A stretch of 64,000 nucleotides of DNA, from positions 32,001 to 96,000 of IMG/VR virus record IMGVR_UViG_3300044949_001773. One strand, written 5' to 3'. This DNA is from a virus. The notes below the pieces were generated by a model, which had not been told where the DNA came from, did not search any database, and worked only from the letters and a program-made list of their open reading frames with translations. Of the stretch, positions 26,860 to 36,872 are shown piece after piece. How positions within the stretch are numbered: position 1 is the first letter of the stretch; every line of letters begins with the position of its first letter. Position numbers and translations under genes: made by a program.

Positions 26860-26905
26860 AAAGTCGTCCCAAAGGCCAAATACTAAAATCTAAAGAGGTA
26901 ATCTA

Positions 26906-27874
26906 ATGTCTTTTGAAAATCTTAAAAAGCAATCCCGTCTTGGATCTCTGACTAGTAAATTAGTCAAGGAAGTTGAAAAGATGAGTTCCAACTCCAGTTC
27001 ATCTGATGATCGTCTATGGAAGCCAGAGATGGACAAAACTGGAAACGGATTTGCTGTTGTTCGTTTTCTTCCGGCTCCAGAGGGAGAAGATCTGCCATGG
27101 GTAAAACTGTATAGTCATGCATTTCAAGGACCTGGTGGATGGTATATTGAAAATTCTCTGACAACTATTAATCAAAAAGATCCAGTTTCAGAGTATAATC
27201 GTGAACTCTGGAATACTGGCAACGAAAAGGATAAAGATACAGTTCGCAAGCAAAAGCGTAAACTATCGTTCTACAGCAATATCTATGTTGTAAAGGATCC
27301 TGCCAATCCTCATAACGAAGGAAAGGTATTTCTATTCAAGTATGGTAAAAAGATCTTTGATAAGATCATGGAAGCCATGCAACCAGAGTTTGAAGATGAA
27401 ACTCCAATCAATCCTTTTGATTTTTGGCAAGGTGCTAATTTCAAAATCAAAATCGTAAAGAAAGATGGTTATTGGAATTATGACAAATCCGAGTTTGGTT
27501 CTATTGAACCTCTTCTGGATGACGACGATGCTCTAGAATCACTTTGGAAAAAGGAGTATTCTCTAAGTGCTCTAATCGCAGATGATCAGTTCAAGTCTTA
27601 TGATGATCTTGAGAAGCGTCTCAAGTATGTTCTCGGTCAAAAAGAATCAGCTCGTAAATCATCAATTTCTGAGGAGGATGAATACGAAGAGTATACTGAA
27701 TCACAAAGTTCAACCAAGAATGTAATGGATGAACTAGAGGAATCGTATATTAAGAGCAAAACACCTCCTGTTCCAGAGAACCTGAAAAAAGAACTAAATG
27801 CTCTGAGTTCAGATGTTGATGAGGATGAAGATGATGCTTTATCTTACTTCTCTAAGCTAGTTGATATGGATTGA
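26906..27874 (+). CDS. gp32: Single-stranded DNA-binding protein gp32
   Basis: DDRLWK, GNGFAVVRFLP, WYIENSL, YGKKIFDKI, NYDKSEF and an acidic tail. Confidence 0.95.
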   Translation: MSFENLKKQSRLGSLTSKLVKEVEKMSSNSSSSDDRLWKPEMDKTGNGFAVVRFLPAPEGEDLPWVKLYSHAFQGPGGWYIENSLTTINQKDPVSEYNRELWNTGNEKDKDTVRKQKRKLSFYSNIYVVKDPANPHNEGKVFLFKYGKKIFDKIMEAMQPEFEDETPINPFDFWQGANFKIKIVKKDGYWNYDKSEFGSIEPLLDDDDALESLWKKEYSLSALIADDQFKSYDDLEKRLKYVLGQKESARKSSISEEDEYEEYTESQSSTKNVMDELEESYIKSKTPPVPENLKKELNALSSDVDEDEDDALSYFSKLVDMD

Positions 27875-28888
27875 TCACTGATATAATCTAATATTATCAG
27901 CTCTTTTTAAGGTTTCGGACACATATTGTTCGGAACCTTTTTTATAGGTCATAATTTCATCCATATCATTAAAGACGATATTTAGGTATTGTCTTTTTAG
28001 GATATAGATATTTCTTTTTTCATTTTCCAATTCAGATTCATATTGATAGTTTGTAATTGGAGTTAAAAAAGTATTTGATGATATTCTTTCAACCAATCCT
28101 AACGAATTATCAAGATACTCGTAATAATATTGATTTGTTGATATATCTTCTCCGCTTGGAAAAAACTCTACATACTCATTTCCAGTCAATTCTATAATTA
28201 TGTCCTCACTAGATGAATAGTTTACTTCATACTTAATGGTTGAAACTTTACCACTAGAGTAATCTTCATTTATAGAGTTGACTACAAAGTTGCCATTAAA
28301 TATTGAATTATCAACACCAGAAACGGTAAACTCACTCTGAACTCTTATTCCATCTATTGGAGTCAAAAATGAGATTTCAATCAAATTACTATCTGATCTG
28401 TAAATGATTGAAACAATATTCTTTTCTCTTCTTGTGGATATGAAGTTTCCGCTTTCTCTCCAATTTGTATTAATTTTTATTCCAGAATTCAATACAATTT
28501 CTCCTCTAGAATTTCTAACTTCCTCTGTTTCATAATGATGAATACCTGAATATAGATTTTCGTAAGTATCATATTTTTCAAGCATTAAAGAATCAAAAAT
28601 ATTTTGAGGAAGTGGCCATTCATTCTGTATATTTAATATATTGTTTGATAATAAAATGACCCAATCTAAAGTCGCATCTCCATAGACTTTATATGCAACA
28701 TTATCTGGTCTATCATCACCCACAATAGAATACTTTTCAAAGTATGATAAGTTTTGAAAAATATCTTCCCTTAACTTTCCTCTTTTAAATAAGTTTTTTA
28801 CAGCTACATAATCAGAAATACTTTTTGAATTTTTATCTCTACTGACATATTCAAAATTAGGTAGTTGTCTGAAATACGGATTTGCCAT
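27875..28888 (-). CDS. gp53: Baseplate wedge subunit gp53
   Basis: YFRQLPN, RPDNVAYKVYG..LDWVILL.N, HHYET and NE.KRNI. Confidence 0.85.
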   Translation of the reverse strand: MANPYFRQLPNFEYVSRDKNSKSISDYVAVKNLFKRGKLREDIFQNLSYFEKYSIVGDDRPDNVAYKVYGDATLDWVILLSNNILNIQNEWPLPQNIFDSLMLEKYDTYENLYSGIHHYETEEVRNSRGEIVLNSGIKINTNWRESGNFISTRREKNIVSIIYRSDSNLIEISFLTPIDGIRVQSEFTVSGVDNSIFNGNFVVNSINEDYSSGKVSTIKYEVNYSSSEDIIIELTGNEYVEFFPSGEDISTNQYYYEYLDNSLGLVERISSNTFLTPITNYQYESELENEKRNIYILKRQYLNIVFNDMDEIMTYKKGSEQYVSETLKRADNIRLYQ

Positions 28889-28890
28889 TT

Positions 28891-30141
28891 TTAGTAACCC
28901 ATTGTTGAAGTGTCTGTATCGTCAAAATCTGTATTATAAATTGGTTCTAATTCTGAGAATGTTAATGATAGTTGATAAGAAGTCATTGAACCATCCTGAT
29001 ATGTCATATAATTTTGGCCAGGAGTATAATCAACATTTAAACTTGTTAATGCACACATTTTTATTTTATTCAAGAATGGGTGCTGATTGCCTGTTTTTCC
29101 AAAAATATATTTCAATTTAAATACGCTCGGAGTTTTTAAAAATAAATTAGTATCTTTGACTGCTGCCATATTCCTCTTAAGTAAGAGTATTATATTTTTA
29201 ATTTCAGCAGCTTCTTCATTATCTCTTGGAGTCATTAAATAATTATAAGAAAAAGATCTTAAATTTGGACCACCAAATAATAGTTCTAGATTTGGATTGA
29301 CTACCAATCCACTATTTCTTGTTACTAGATTTGCGCCAACAGCTTGTCCGGCAAAATATTGAATAATATAATTTTTTAAATCGTTATTTCCAGCAGCTTG
29401 TCCTCCCGCATTTAATACATTATCAATAAATTGGGTGGCAGCCTGCATATAATTTCCAGTACTTATGCTTTGAATTGCCTGTCCCGCTTGACCAGCAAAA
29501 AATGTTTGAATTGGATTTAATGAATCGGGTCCCCAATTAACACTATTGGCTTCCGAAATTCCAGGTTGCATTGGTAGGGTTATTGTTTCCTTTGCTGATT
29601 TTATTCTATTATCCACTGATTCTGGAGAAAAAAATGTATTCGGATCTGTAAAATTTGCCGAATTCTTTCCAACAGGCACATACTCATATCTGGTTATCTG
29701 TAAATAATCGTAACCATTATTTACTTTTAATGGATACCTATAATTACTTTTATCGCTTGATATTGGATTAGTTCCAGATGCTGGATTTTGTGTAGACCCA
29801 GACTGCTGACTTCCAGCTTCTGAATTTTCACTAGTAATTCCATTTCCAATTATTCCTGGAGTAAATATATTTTCTTGCCAGAATTTATTTCTTACATCTG
29901 CTGGAAGGTCATTTATTATGCTAGTAGTATTTTGGGTGAGATCATATGAATAATTTTTTAAAAATGATTCAGTATTTGAACCATCTTTAAACACTGTATC
30001 TGATTTTACATCCCAAACATTGTTGGAGGAATTCCATTCAGTAAAGGTAGATTCTCCTACTTTAGATACTCTTGGAGACTCTAAATTATCATAGCCAGCT
30101 ATTTCAAGTAAATTTCCTCCGACTATTGTTCTTTTTGCCAT
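28891..30141 (-). CDS. gp48: Baseplate tail-tube cap gp48
   Basis: YRYP, ITLPM, NPNLELLFGGPNLRSFSY and LTFSELEPI. Confidence 0.8.
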   Translation of the reverse strand: MAKRTIVGGNLLEIAGYDNLESPRVSKVGESTFTEWNSSNNVWDVKSDTVFKDGSNTESFLKNYSYDLTQNTTSIINDLPADVRNKFWQENIFTPGIIGNGITSENSEAGSQQSGSTQNPASGTNPISSDKSNYRYPLKVNNGYDYLQITRYEYVPVGKNSANFTDPNTFFSPESVDNRIKSAKETITLPMQPGISEANSVNWGPDSLNPIQTFFAGQAGQAIQSISTGNYMQAATQFIDNVLNAGGQAAGNNDLKNYIIQYFAGQAVGANLVTRNSGLVVNPNLELLFGGPNLRSFSYNYLMTPRDNEEAAEIKNIILLLKRNMAAVKDTNLFLKTPSVFKLKYIFGKTGNQHPFLNKIKMCALTSLNVDYTPGQNYMTYQDGSMTSYQLSLTFSELEPIYNTDFDDTDTSTMGY

Positions 30142-30175
30142 TAAAATGACCTATTAATAGTTACTTTTTTAGTAT

Positions 30176-30619
30176 TTATTTGATTCCCAGTTCATCTTCT
30201 GTAATAATCTTAAATTCTATTAATCTATCATCGCACCATTCTTTTGCTGCATTCCATTTCGCTTGATTTACAGCATAAGTTTTTGCTTCATAAAGATAAT
30301 TTTTAGTAGTTCTTGATTTCTTTACTGGCGGCACTGTTTGCTTTTTTGGCTTGACTTCAATTACATAAGTTTTTATTTGTCCACTTGATTCTTTAACTTT
30401 AATAATAAAATCTGGAAAGTACTTATGAACTCTTCCATCAACCGGCGACTTATATGGAATAAAGAATTCTTCAGAACCCCAAGAAATTATATTCTCATTC
30501 AAATCGCACCAATGACAAAATTTTCTCTCCCAACTACTTCTACAAATAATATTATTTGGATCGCCTGTATATTTTTTTGGATTTGATGGTTTGTATTTTG
30601 ATTTTAGACTTTCCGCCAT
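30176..30619 (-). CDS. gp4: Head completion nuclease gp4
   Basis: P.NPKKYTGD, RSSWE, YFPDF, IEVKP and NQAKW. Minus-strand TATAAATA at 30642-30649. Confidence 0.9.
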   Translation of the reverse strand: MAESLKSKYKPSNPKKYTGDPNNIICRSSWERKFCHWCDLNENIISWGSEEFFIPYKSPVDGRVHKYFPDFIIKVKESSGQIKTYVIEVKPKKQTVPPVKKSRTTKNYLYEAKTYAVNQAKWNAAKEWCDDRLIEFKIITEDELGIK

Positions 30620-30650
30620 ACATAATATATAAACTAAAAGATATTTATAA

Positions 30651-31505
30651 ATGTCTGCTGGAAACCCTAGAAGTTATACCGTAAGTGAATTAAAAACTAG
30701 ATTTCTTAATATTGCTCAAAATTCAATATACCATATTAAGTTTGGTGTGCCACCTTCTGTAAGTTCTTTTTTATCAACTAGAAGCATAAGCTTTCAAAAT
30801 ATTTCTAATATTGAACTTCTTTGTTCTGAAACTGCTTTGCCAGGAACATCTTTAGCTACACATGAAGCTACAAATGATTATCATGGCGTCACTGAAAAAA
30901 TGGCATATAGGAGAATGTATGATGATACGATTGATTTGACTTTTTATGTGGATAGGGATTATAGAGTCATTGAGTTTTTTGATAGTTGGATTGATTATAT
31001 AACAGGACAAGGTACGACATTTTCTAAAGAAGAATACAAAGAAAAAACAGCTTACTATAGGATGAATTACCCTGAAACGTATAAGAGTGATATATTTTTA
31101 ATGAAATATGAAAAAGATTATGGACAATCCATGCAATACACGTTTGTAAATTCTTTTCCTATTAATATCATCTCAACTCCAATAAACTATGAAGCTAGTC
31201 AATTATTAAAATGTACCGTATCATTTTCTTATATTAGATATGTAAGAGAAAGAAAAGGTACAAGCTTTACTGGAACCATTCCCAATCCAAAATCTCCAGG
31301 AATAACTGAATTTAATTCTTTTGATTTTTGGAGAAAATCGCCGATTGTGCAAGATTTTGATTATAGTAAATTAGAAAAAGTACTTTCTAATGAGTATTAT
31401 AATAATGGAATTTTAAGACTATACAAAGAAGGAAATATTGATTTTAGACAAACTTTCGGAGACCCTCTTCAAGATGCCACAAACTTTGGACGCGGTATTG
31501 GGTAA
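30651..31505 (+). CDS. Tail-tube-fold baseplate initiator (gp54-like)
   Basis: LLCSETALPG, RRMYD, LTFYVD, FFDSW, FP and CTVSFSY. Confidence 0.6.
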   Translation: MSAGNPRSYTVSELKTRFLNIAQNSIYHIKFGVPPSVSSFLSTRSISFQNISNIELLCSETALPGTSLATHEATNDYHGVTEKMAYRRMYDDTIDLTFYVDRDYRVIEFFDSWIDYITGQGTTFSKEEYKEKTAYYRMNYPETYKSDIFLMKYEKDYGQSMQYTFVNSFPINIISTPINYEASQLLKCTVSFSYIRYVRERKGTSFTGTIPNPKSPGITEFNSFDFWRKSPIVQDFDYSKLEKVLSNEYYNNGILRLYKEGNIDFRQTFGDPLQDATNFGRGIG

Positions 31506-31537
31506 TAAATATTAATAACTGATTTTTTTGAGAGATC

Positions 31538-32257
31538 ATGCCTTTACCAACCATTGCGACTCCTACTTATGAACTTGAGTTGCCATCCACAGGAAAAACG
31601 ATTAAATATAGACCATTCCTAGTAAAAGAAGAAAAACTTTTAGTTTTAGCACTAGAATCGGAAGACATTAAAGAGATTTCTAATGCTATTACTGCTGTAT
31701 TGAAATCTTGTATTCAGACAAAGGGCGTAAAGGTAGAGACTTTACCCACATTTGATATTGAATTTTTATTTTTAAATATTCGCGCCAAATCTGTTGGTGA
31801 AGAAATTGAAGTTAATATTACAGCGCCTGATGATAATCAAACACAGGTTTTAGTAAAACTTAATGTTGATGATATAAAAGTACAGAAGAGTAAAAACCAT
31901 AATAAAACAATAAAACTTGATGATAGTCTAATGATGGACATGAAATACCCATCATTAGATCAATTCATTAAAAACAACTTTGACTTTACGGGAACTTCTT
32001 CTTTGAATCAATCTTTTGATTTGATCGCTTCTTGTATTGATAAAATTTATAATCAAGAGGAGGTATGGGTTGCTGAAGATGTTACTAAAAAGGAAGTTGT
32101 GGAATTTTTAGAACAGATGAATAGTAAACAGTTCAAAGATGTTGAACAATTCTTTGAAACTATGCCAAAACTATCTCATGAAATTACAATTAAAAACCCA
32201 AATACAGAAGTAGAAAGTACTGTTGTATTGGAGGGATTAACAAGTTTTTTCGCCTAG
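31538..32257 (+). CDS. gp26: Baseplate hub assembly protein gp26
   Basis: MPLP..TPTYELELPS...YRPFLVKEEK, FDIEFLFLNIRAKSVGE and LEGLTSFF. Confidence 0.88.
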   Translation: MPLPTIATPTYELELPSTGKTIKYRPFLVKEEKLLVLALESEDIKEISNAITAVLKSCIQTKGVKVETLPTFDIEFLFLNIRAKSVGEEIEVNITAPDDNQTQVLVKLNVDDIKVQKSKNHNKTIKLDDSLMMDMKYPSLDQFIKNNFDFTGTSSLNQSFDLIASCIDKIYNQEEVWVAEDVTKKEVVEFLEQMNSKQFKDVEQFFETMPKLSHEITIKNPNTEVESTVVLEGLTSFFA

Positions 32258-32259
32258 GA

Positions 32260-32439
32260 ATGGTATATATGGATTTGGAAAATTATTATAAAATAAATTT
32301 TTCTTTAATTCAATACCATAAATATTCATTATGGGAAGTAGAGAATTTGATTCCTTGGGAAAGAGACGTTTATGTTGCTCTTCTTCAACAGCATCTTGAA
32401 GACGAAAAATTAAAGTTACAGCAGCAACAGAATGGCTAG
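32260..32439 (+). CDS. Small gp51-like hub assembly protein, possibly a frameshift extension of gp26
   Basis: LENYYKINFSLIQYHKYSLWEVENLIPWERDVY. The frame is open from the slippery site at 32245. Confidence 0.75.
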   Translation: MVYMDLENYYKINFSLIQYHKYSLWEVENLIPWERDVYVALLQQHLEDEKLKLQQQQNG

Positions 32440-35125
32440 ACCTAAAAATTTAAAAAAACTTTATGAATTAAAATTAGGAAAGGCTGTAGTATCCAAGCTT
32501 TCTGATGCTCAGCTTTCTACACTTTCAAAGTATTATAATTCTCTTTCTGACAAAGAAAAAGAAGAACTTGATGAAAAAATTTCTAAAGGATCTAAAAACG
32601 ATCTTTTAGAAATAGCAACTGGTATGATAGAAGAAAATGAAGCTGATGAACCTATCCCCGAAGGTTTGGATGATTTGTTGTCTGAAATAACCGGAAATAA
32701 AAAAGATAAGCAAGATCAAAAACAGAAAGATGAAAATGATAAATCTCCATCTCCTCCATCGGCATTAGCAACTATACCAAAAGAAGATAATCAAAAGAAA
32801 ACAGGAGAACAACAAGATACTATAAATGATGAAGATTTTGTAGAAGAAGAAATTGATTCAAGAATTCTGGATATATTGGGGATTAAAGATACTTTTGATT
32901 TGACTTATGGTGAATATAAAAGTCTCTTAAGAGAAAGGGCAACTGCTGCGTGGATAGGGGATCCTAATATATCAACAGAAAATGCTCAATTAATAGCCAA
33001 TGAGTTTAAGCGTGTAAAGAATAAAGAAAGTGATAAGAAGATTAAGATAAAGAAAAAGGTTGTTAAAGTAGAGGAGTTATTCAAAAGGACAGCAGGTCCA
33101 AAAAAACAACAACTAGATCCTAAAAAATTACTTCCTCCAGAAAAAACTGATAAAAAAGAAGACGCAGCACTTTCTCCTGAAAGAAATCGTGAAAGTAGTT
33201 TGAATAGAAGTTTATCTTCTATTTTGTCAGTATTAAATGATATTAAATCAATACTCAATGAACAACTATTGTCAGATAGCAAATCTCAAGAATCTTTAAG
33301 ACGAGAGTATCAAAAATCAGGAAGTAGAGAAAGAGAAGGTAGATTAGAGTCTAAAAAAGATAACTCTAATATAATAAAAGATCTTGCATCAAAAATAGAG
33401 ATACCATTTTTTGATCGCATTAAAAAATATTTTGGAAATATTTTTGCCGGTTCAGTTGTTGTTGGGTTATTGAATTGGTTGAATGATCCAAAGAATAAAA
33501 AAAGTGTAGATAATTTTAAAGAATTTTTTATTAATCAGGGTCCATTAATTCTTGGAGGAATATTAGCTCTTACATTATTACCAGTTGCTAGTACTTTATT
33601 GTCATTTAGTGCTGCAATTCTTGGCGGAGCAGCAAAATTGATATCTGCTATACCTTTGTTAAAGGCTGCCATAACTGGATTGGCGACAGCAGCTGCAATG
33701 TCAGCAGTAGTTGCTGCCGGAGCAATAATTCCTAAGATGTTTCCTGGTAGAGTGAATGAGCAAGAACGAAAAACTTTAAAGACTCTTGAGGAAAAGTATA
33801 AAGGTAATAAAGGGGAAATGGTAAAGGATTTGAAAAATCAGAAGAAAAATTTAAATTTTCTTCAAGTTATTCAAGGTGTCGGTAATGAAATTGATGAGCA
33901 AATATCTTTTTTAGAATCTGGAAGAACAAAAATGTATGGATCTACTGGAGAAGATTTAATACTAGAGCAATTAGAAAAACAAGGGCTTCCAAAAGATCAG
34001 TTAAATTATCTTAAAGAACTTTATAAACTTGATAAATCTCCAAAAGGATCAGAAAAACTTCAAACAGAAGCAGATAAGAAAAGAGCTCAAGAACTAAGTT
34101 CTATGACTCCTGAAAAACTAAAAGAACTTTTTCAAAAAGGAAAATCTCTTGATTTATTTAAGGCCTATAAAGGTGGAGATTCGGAATCTGTCAAAATACC
34201 TGGTTTAGGATCTATAGTTGCTGGAACTAACTGGTTTGGTGGAAGACAGCGTAAATATTTTGATGAGAATGGAAAAGAAATATCAGAAGAAGAGATGAAT
34301 CAAAAATATCGTCTTTATTCTGCCGTATTGGAAAAAAGAAAAAAAGATAAGCAAAAAGAAAAACCTCAAACACCTTCGGGTGGAGGGATGCCAGGACTTC
34401 CTCCAAGTGCCGCCCAACCTGGGACTGGACCTACTGGAAATTTAGTTGGGTCTAGTTCTATACCAAATCAAGCAGGGTTGCCGCCATTACCTCCAACAAA
34501 TACTTTACCAGGAAAGCAACATTATGGTGCTTCTAGAGATAATGGAACAAGAAAACATGCTGGTGTCGATTTTGATATTAGTGGAAATGAAAAATTTTAT
34601 AGTAGAATTGGTGGTGTTGTTGTCAGTAATCCATTTAGATATGGGGCTGATGGTTGGGGAATTGATATTTACAATCAACAGCTTGGTGTATATGAAAGAA
34701 TAGCAGAAGCTGCTAAAGTTTTAGTAAAAAAAGGACAAACAGTATCACCTGGCCAAGCGGTTGTACAGGGAGAAAGTGAAACTGGCGTTATTCATTATGA
34801 AATTAGGAAAAAGATTGAAGGTGGCTATGAAGGCACTTTAGATCCAATGGCATTTTTGGGGAATCCGACAAGACAAAATGGAACCCCTCCATCTGGCCAA
34901 ATAGCGGGAATATCCCCGTCCCAAGCTGCTCCATCAATAACTCCTTTCTTTTCATCTCCACTTATAATAACTGGACCATCTAAACCACAGGCCCAATCAG
35001 TTAATCCTCCCGGCGGCGGAAGTTCATCTAGTGCTAAACAAGCACCTGTTCCATCGTTCTCTTCGGAAGATCCTAATAATTTTACTACAATGGTAGTAAA
35101 AGGAATCTATAATGTGGTAGGATAA
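32432..35125 (+). CDS. Tape-measure or hub-like protein with a C-terminal M23 peptidase
   Basis: Coiled coil and hydrophobic helices; YGASRD..RKHAGVDF...IHYEIR...DP. Confidence 0.7.
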   Translation: MARPKNLKKLYELKLGKAVVSKLSDAQLSTLSKYYNSLSDKEKEELDEKISKGSKNDLLEIATGMIEENEADEPIPEGLDDLLSEITGNKKDKQDQKQKDENDKSPSPPSALATIPKEDNQKKTGEQQDTINDEDFVEEEIDSRILDILGIKDTFDLTYGEYKSLLRERATAAWIGDPNISTENAQLIANEFKRVKNKESDKKIKIKKKVVKVEELFKRTAGPKKQQLDPKKLLPPEKTDKKEDAALSPERNRESSLNRSLSSILSVLNDIKSILNEQLLSDSKSQESLRREYQKSGSREREGRLESKKDNSNIIKDLASKIEIPFFDRIKKYFGNIFAGSVVVGLLNWLNDPKNKKSVDNFKEFFINQGPLILGGILALTLLPVASTLLSFSAAILGGAAKLISAIPLLKAAITGLATAAAMSAVVAAGAIIPKMFPGRVNEQERKTLKTLEEKYKGNKGEMVKDLKNQKKNLNFLQVIQGVGNEIDEQISFLESGRTKMYGSTGEDLILEQLEKQGLPKDQLNYLKELYKLDKSPKGSEKLQTEADKKRAQELSSMTPEKLKELFQKGKSLDLFKAYKGGDSESVKIPGLGSIVAGTNWFGGRQRKYFDENGKEISEEEMNQKYRLYSAVLEKRKKDKQKEKPQTPSGGGMPGLPPSAAQPGTGPTGNLVGSSSIPNQAGLPPLPPTNTLPGKQHYGASRDNGTRKHAGVDFDISGNEKFYSRIGGVVVSNPFRYGADGWGIDIYNQQLGVYERIAEAAKVLVKKGQTVSPGQAVVQGESETGVIHYEIRKKIEGGYEGTLDPMAFLGNPTRQNGTPPSGQIAGISPSQAAPSITPFFSSPLIITGPSKPQAQSVNPPGGGSSSSAKQAPVPSFSSEDPNNFTTMVVKGIYNVVG

Positions 35126-35126
35126 A

Positions 35127-36872
35127 ATGTTACCAGTACTAGCATCTGTCGCATCATCTTTATTCAAATCATCTGATGATAAAAAAAAGAATGGTAAAGA
35201 GGTGTCTGATAAAATATTCAACAGGAAAACAATAGATTCTAAACCATCTGGGAAAGAAACTGAAAATAAAAGTTCCGCAATCGTAAAGGCTTCAAGAGGT
35301 TCAATTAAAACTATATCAGTAGATAAATTATTACCTCCCGGACAAGATCAATCTGAGCAAAGATCTACGCAGACTAATAGACCATCCTCAATTGCTTCCA
35401 TATTAAAATCTATAAGAAAAGTATTGGTTCAAATAAAAAATACATTAAAGAAAATACTTAATCTAAGGAAAAAATATACAGATTCTCTACGTATTACATC
35501 TAATAGAGAGCGTTTTAGAAAAGGGGAAGGTGAATTAGAAAAAAAACCAAATTGGCTATCTGGACTTGCAAACACTATTCCAAATGTACAAATTCCATTT
35601 TGGGATAAAATTAAACAATATTTTGGAAATATACTTATTGGATCTTTAGTTTTATTTTTATTAAAAAATATCAATTCTATTATTGATACAATAAGAAAGT
35701 TTTTTGAAATTTTAAAAAATATATGGGAAGCATTTAAGCCATTTGTTACTCCGGTATGGGATGCCTTTAAATGGATAGTCAGTGAAGGTGTAAAATTGAC
35801 CGCTAAAATAATGGGAGTCCCATCACAAGAAGCGGATAAAAATAAAGTGGTGGAAAATTTATCCGAAATACTAAAAAAAATTCCAAGCTTAAATGGGTTG
35901 TTTTTTGATATTGAAAATGCTATAAAGAATTTAATACCTGGAGGTGGTGGAGCAACTGGAGGAGAAGCAGCTGGTCAATTAATTCCAGGAGATGCGCCTC
36001 CAGAAATTAAAGCCTTAATGTCTACTATTTCTGGCGGTGAAGGGGGACCCAATTCTGTACAGGGAATTGGAGAGGTTCCGGGTCTTTCGGATATGACTAT
36101 AGATCAGGCAATAGCTAAAGCTAAATCTTATATTGGTAAAGGATCTGAAACTGGAGCATTGGGAGCATTTCAATTTCATTCCTCATATCTAAGGGAAAGG
36201 GCGGTTTCTGCAGGATTAAATCCGGCAATTGAAAAGTTTAGTATGGAAAATCAAATTAAAATAATGCGTAATTTTATGGCAGTTGTTTATGGAGAAGGTG
36301 GTGAAGTAAAACTATTAGAGTCATTAAAGTCTGGTGGATTACAAACTGATGTATTTCCAAAACTTTCTAGAAATCTTGGTTGGCCATCTTTACCTGGAGG
36401 TAGTCAACCTAATGTACACACGCCTCAAGCAGCTTCTAGATATCAAAAATATCTTCAAAAATACTCTCAAGGTGGGGGAACTATGCCTTCGCCATCAACC
36501 CCATCCCCAGCCCCAACACAATCTCCAGCACCAGCCCCAGCAGCTACTTTAATACCATCTGGCACGCCATCGCAAATATCTTCAGATAGCCCTAGTGATT
36601 CAATTACTGCAGCTGAAAAAATCGATACTGTTCAAATTCAATCATCCCAATCTCAAGCAAGATCTCCGGAACCTATTCAACAATATGCCAATTATGAAAA
36701 ACCATCACAAGGGCAAGGAGCAATTGTTTTATTACCCGGAAAATCTCAATCACCAATGCCGATGAACAGTGGTGGGGAGGGTGCCATGCCTTCCGTTACA
36801 ATTTCTCAAACTGACATATTAAATAGTTACTACAGAGCTCAATTAATGGGATTCTTATATAAACAAGGATAA
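35127..36872 (+). CDS. Tape-measure-like protein with a lysozyme-like domain
   Basis: ALMSTISGGEG...MTIDQA...ALGAFQF...FSMENQ...WPSLPGG. Confidence 0.65.
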   Translation: MLPVLASVASSLFKSSDDKKKNGKEVSDKIFNRKTIDSKPSGKETENKSSAIVKASRGSIKTISVDKLLPPGQDQSEQRSTQTNRPSSIASILKSIRKVLVQIKNTLKKILNLRKKYTDSLRITSNRERFRKGEGELEKKPNWLSGLANTIPNVQIPFWDKIKQYFGNILIGSLVLFLLKNINSIIDTIRKFFEILKNIWEAFKPFVTPVWDAFKWIVSEGVKLTAKIMGVPSQEADKNKVVENLSEILKKIPSLNGLFFDIENAIKNLIPGGGGATGGEAAGQLIPGDAPPEIKALMSTISGGEGGPNSVQGIGEVPGLSDMTIDQAIAKAKSYIGKGSETGALGAFQFHSSYLRERAVSAGLNPAIEKFSMENQIKIMRNFMAVVYGEGGEVKLLESLKSGGLQTDVFPKLSRNLGWPSLPGGSQPNVHTPQAASRYQKYLQKYSQGGGTMPSPSTPSPAPTQSPAPAPAATLIPSGTPSQISSDSPSDSITAAEKIDTVQIQSSQSQARSPEPIQQYANYEKPSQGQGAIVLLPGKSQSPMPMNSGGEGAMPSVTISQTDILNSYYRAQLMGFLYKQG

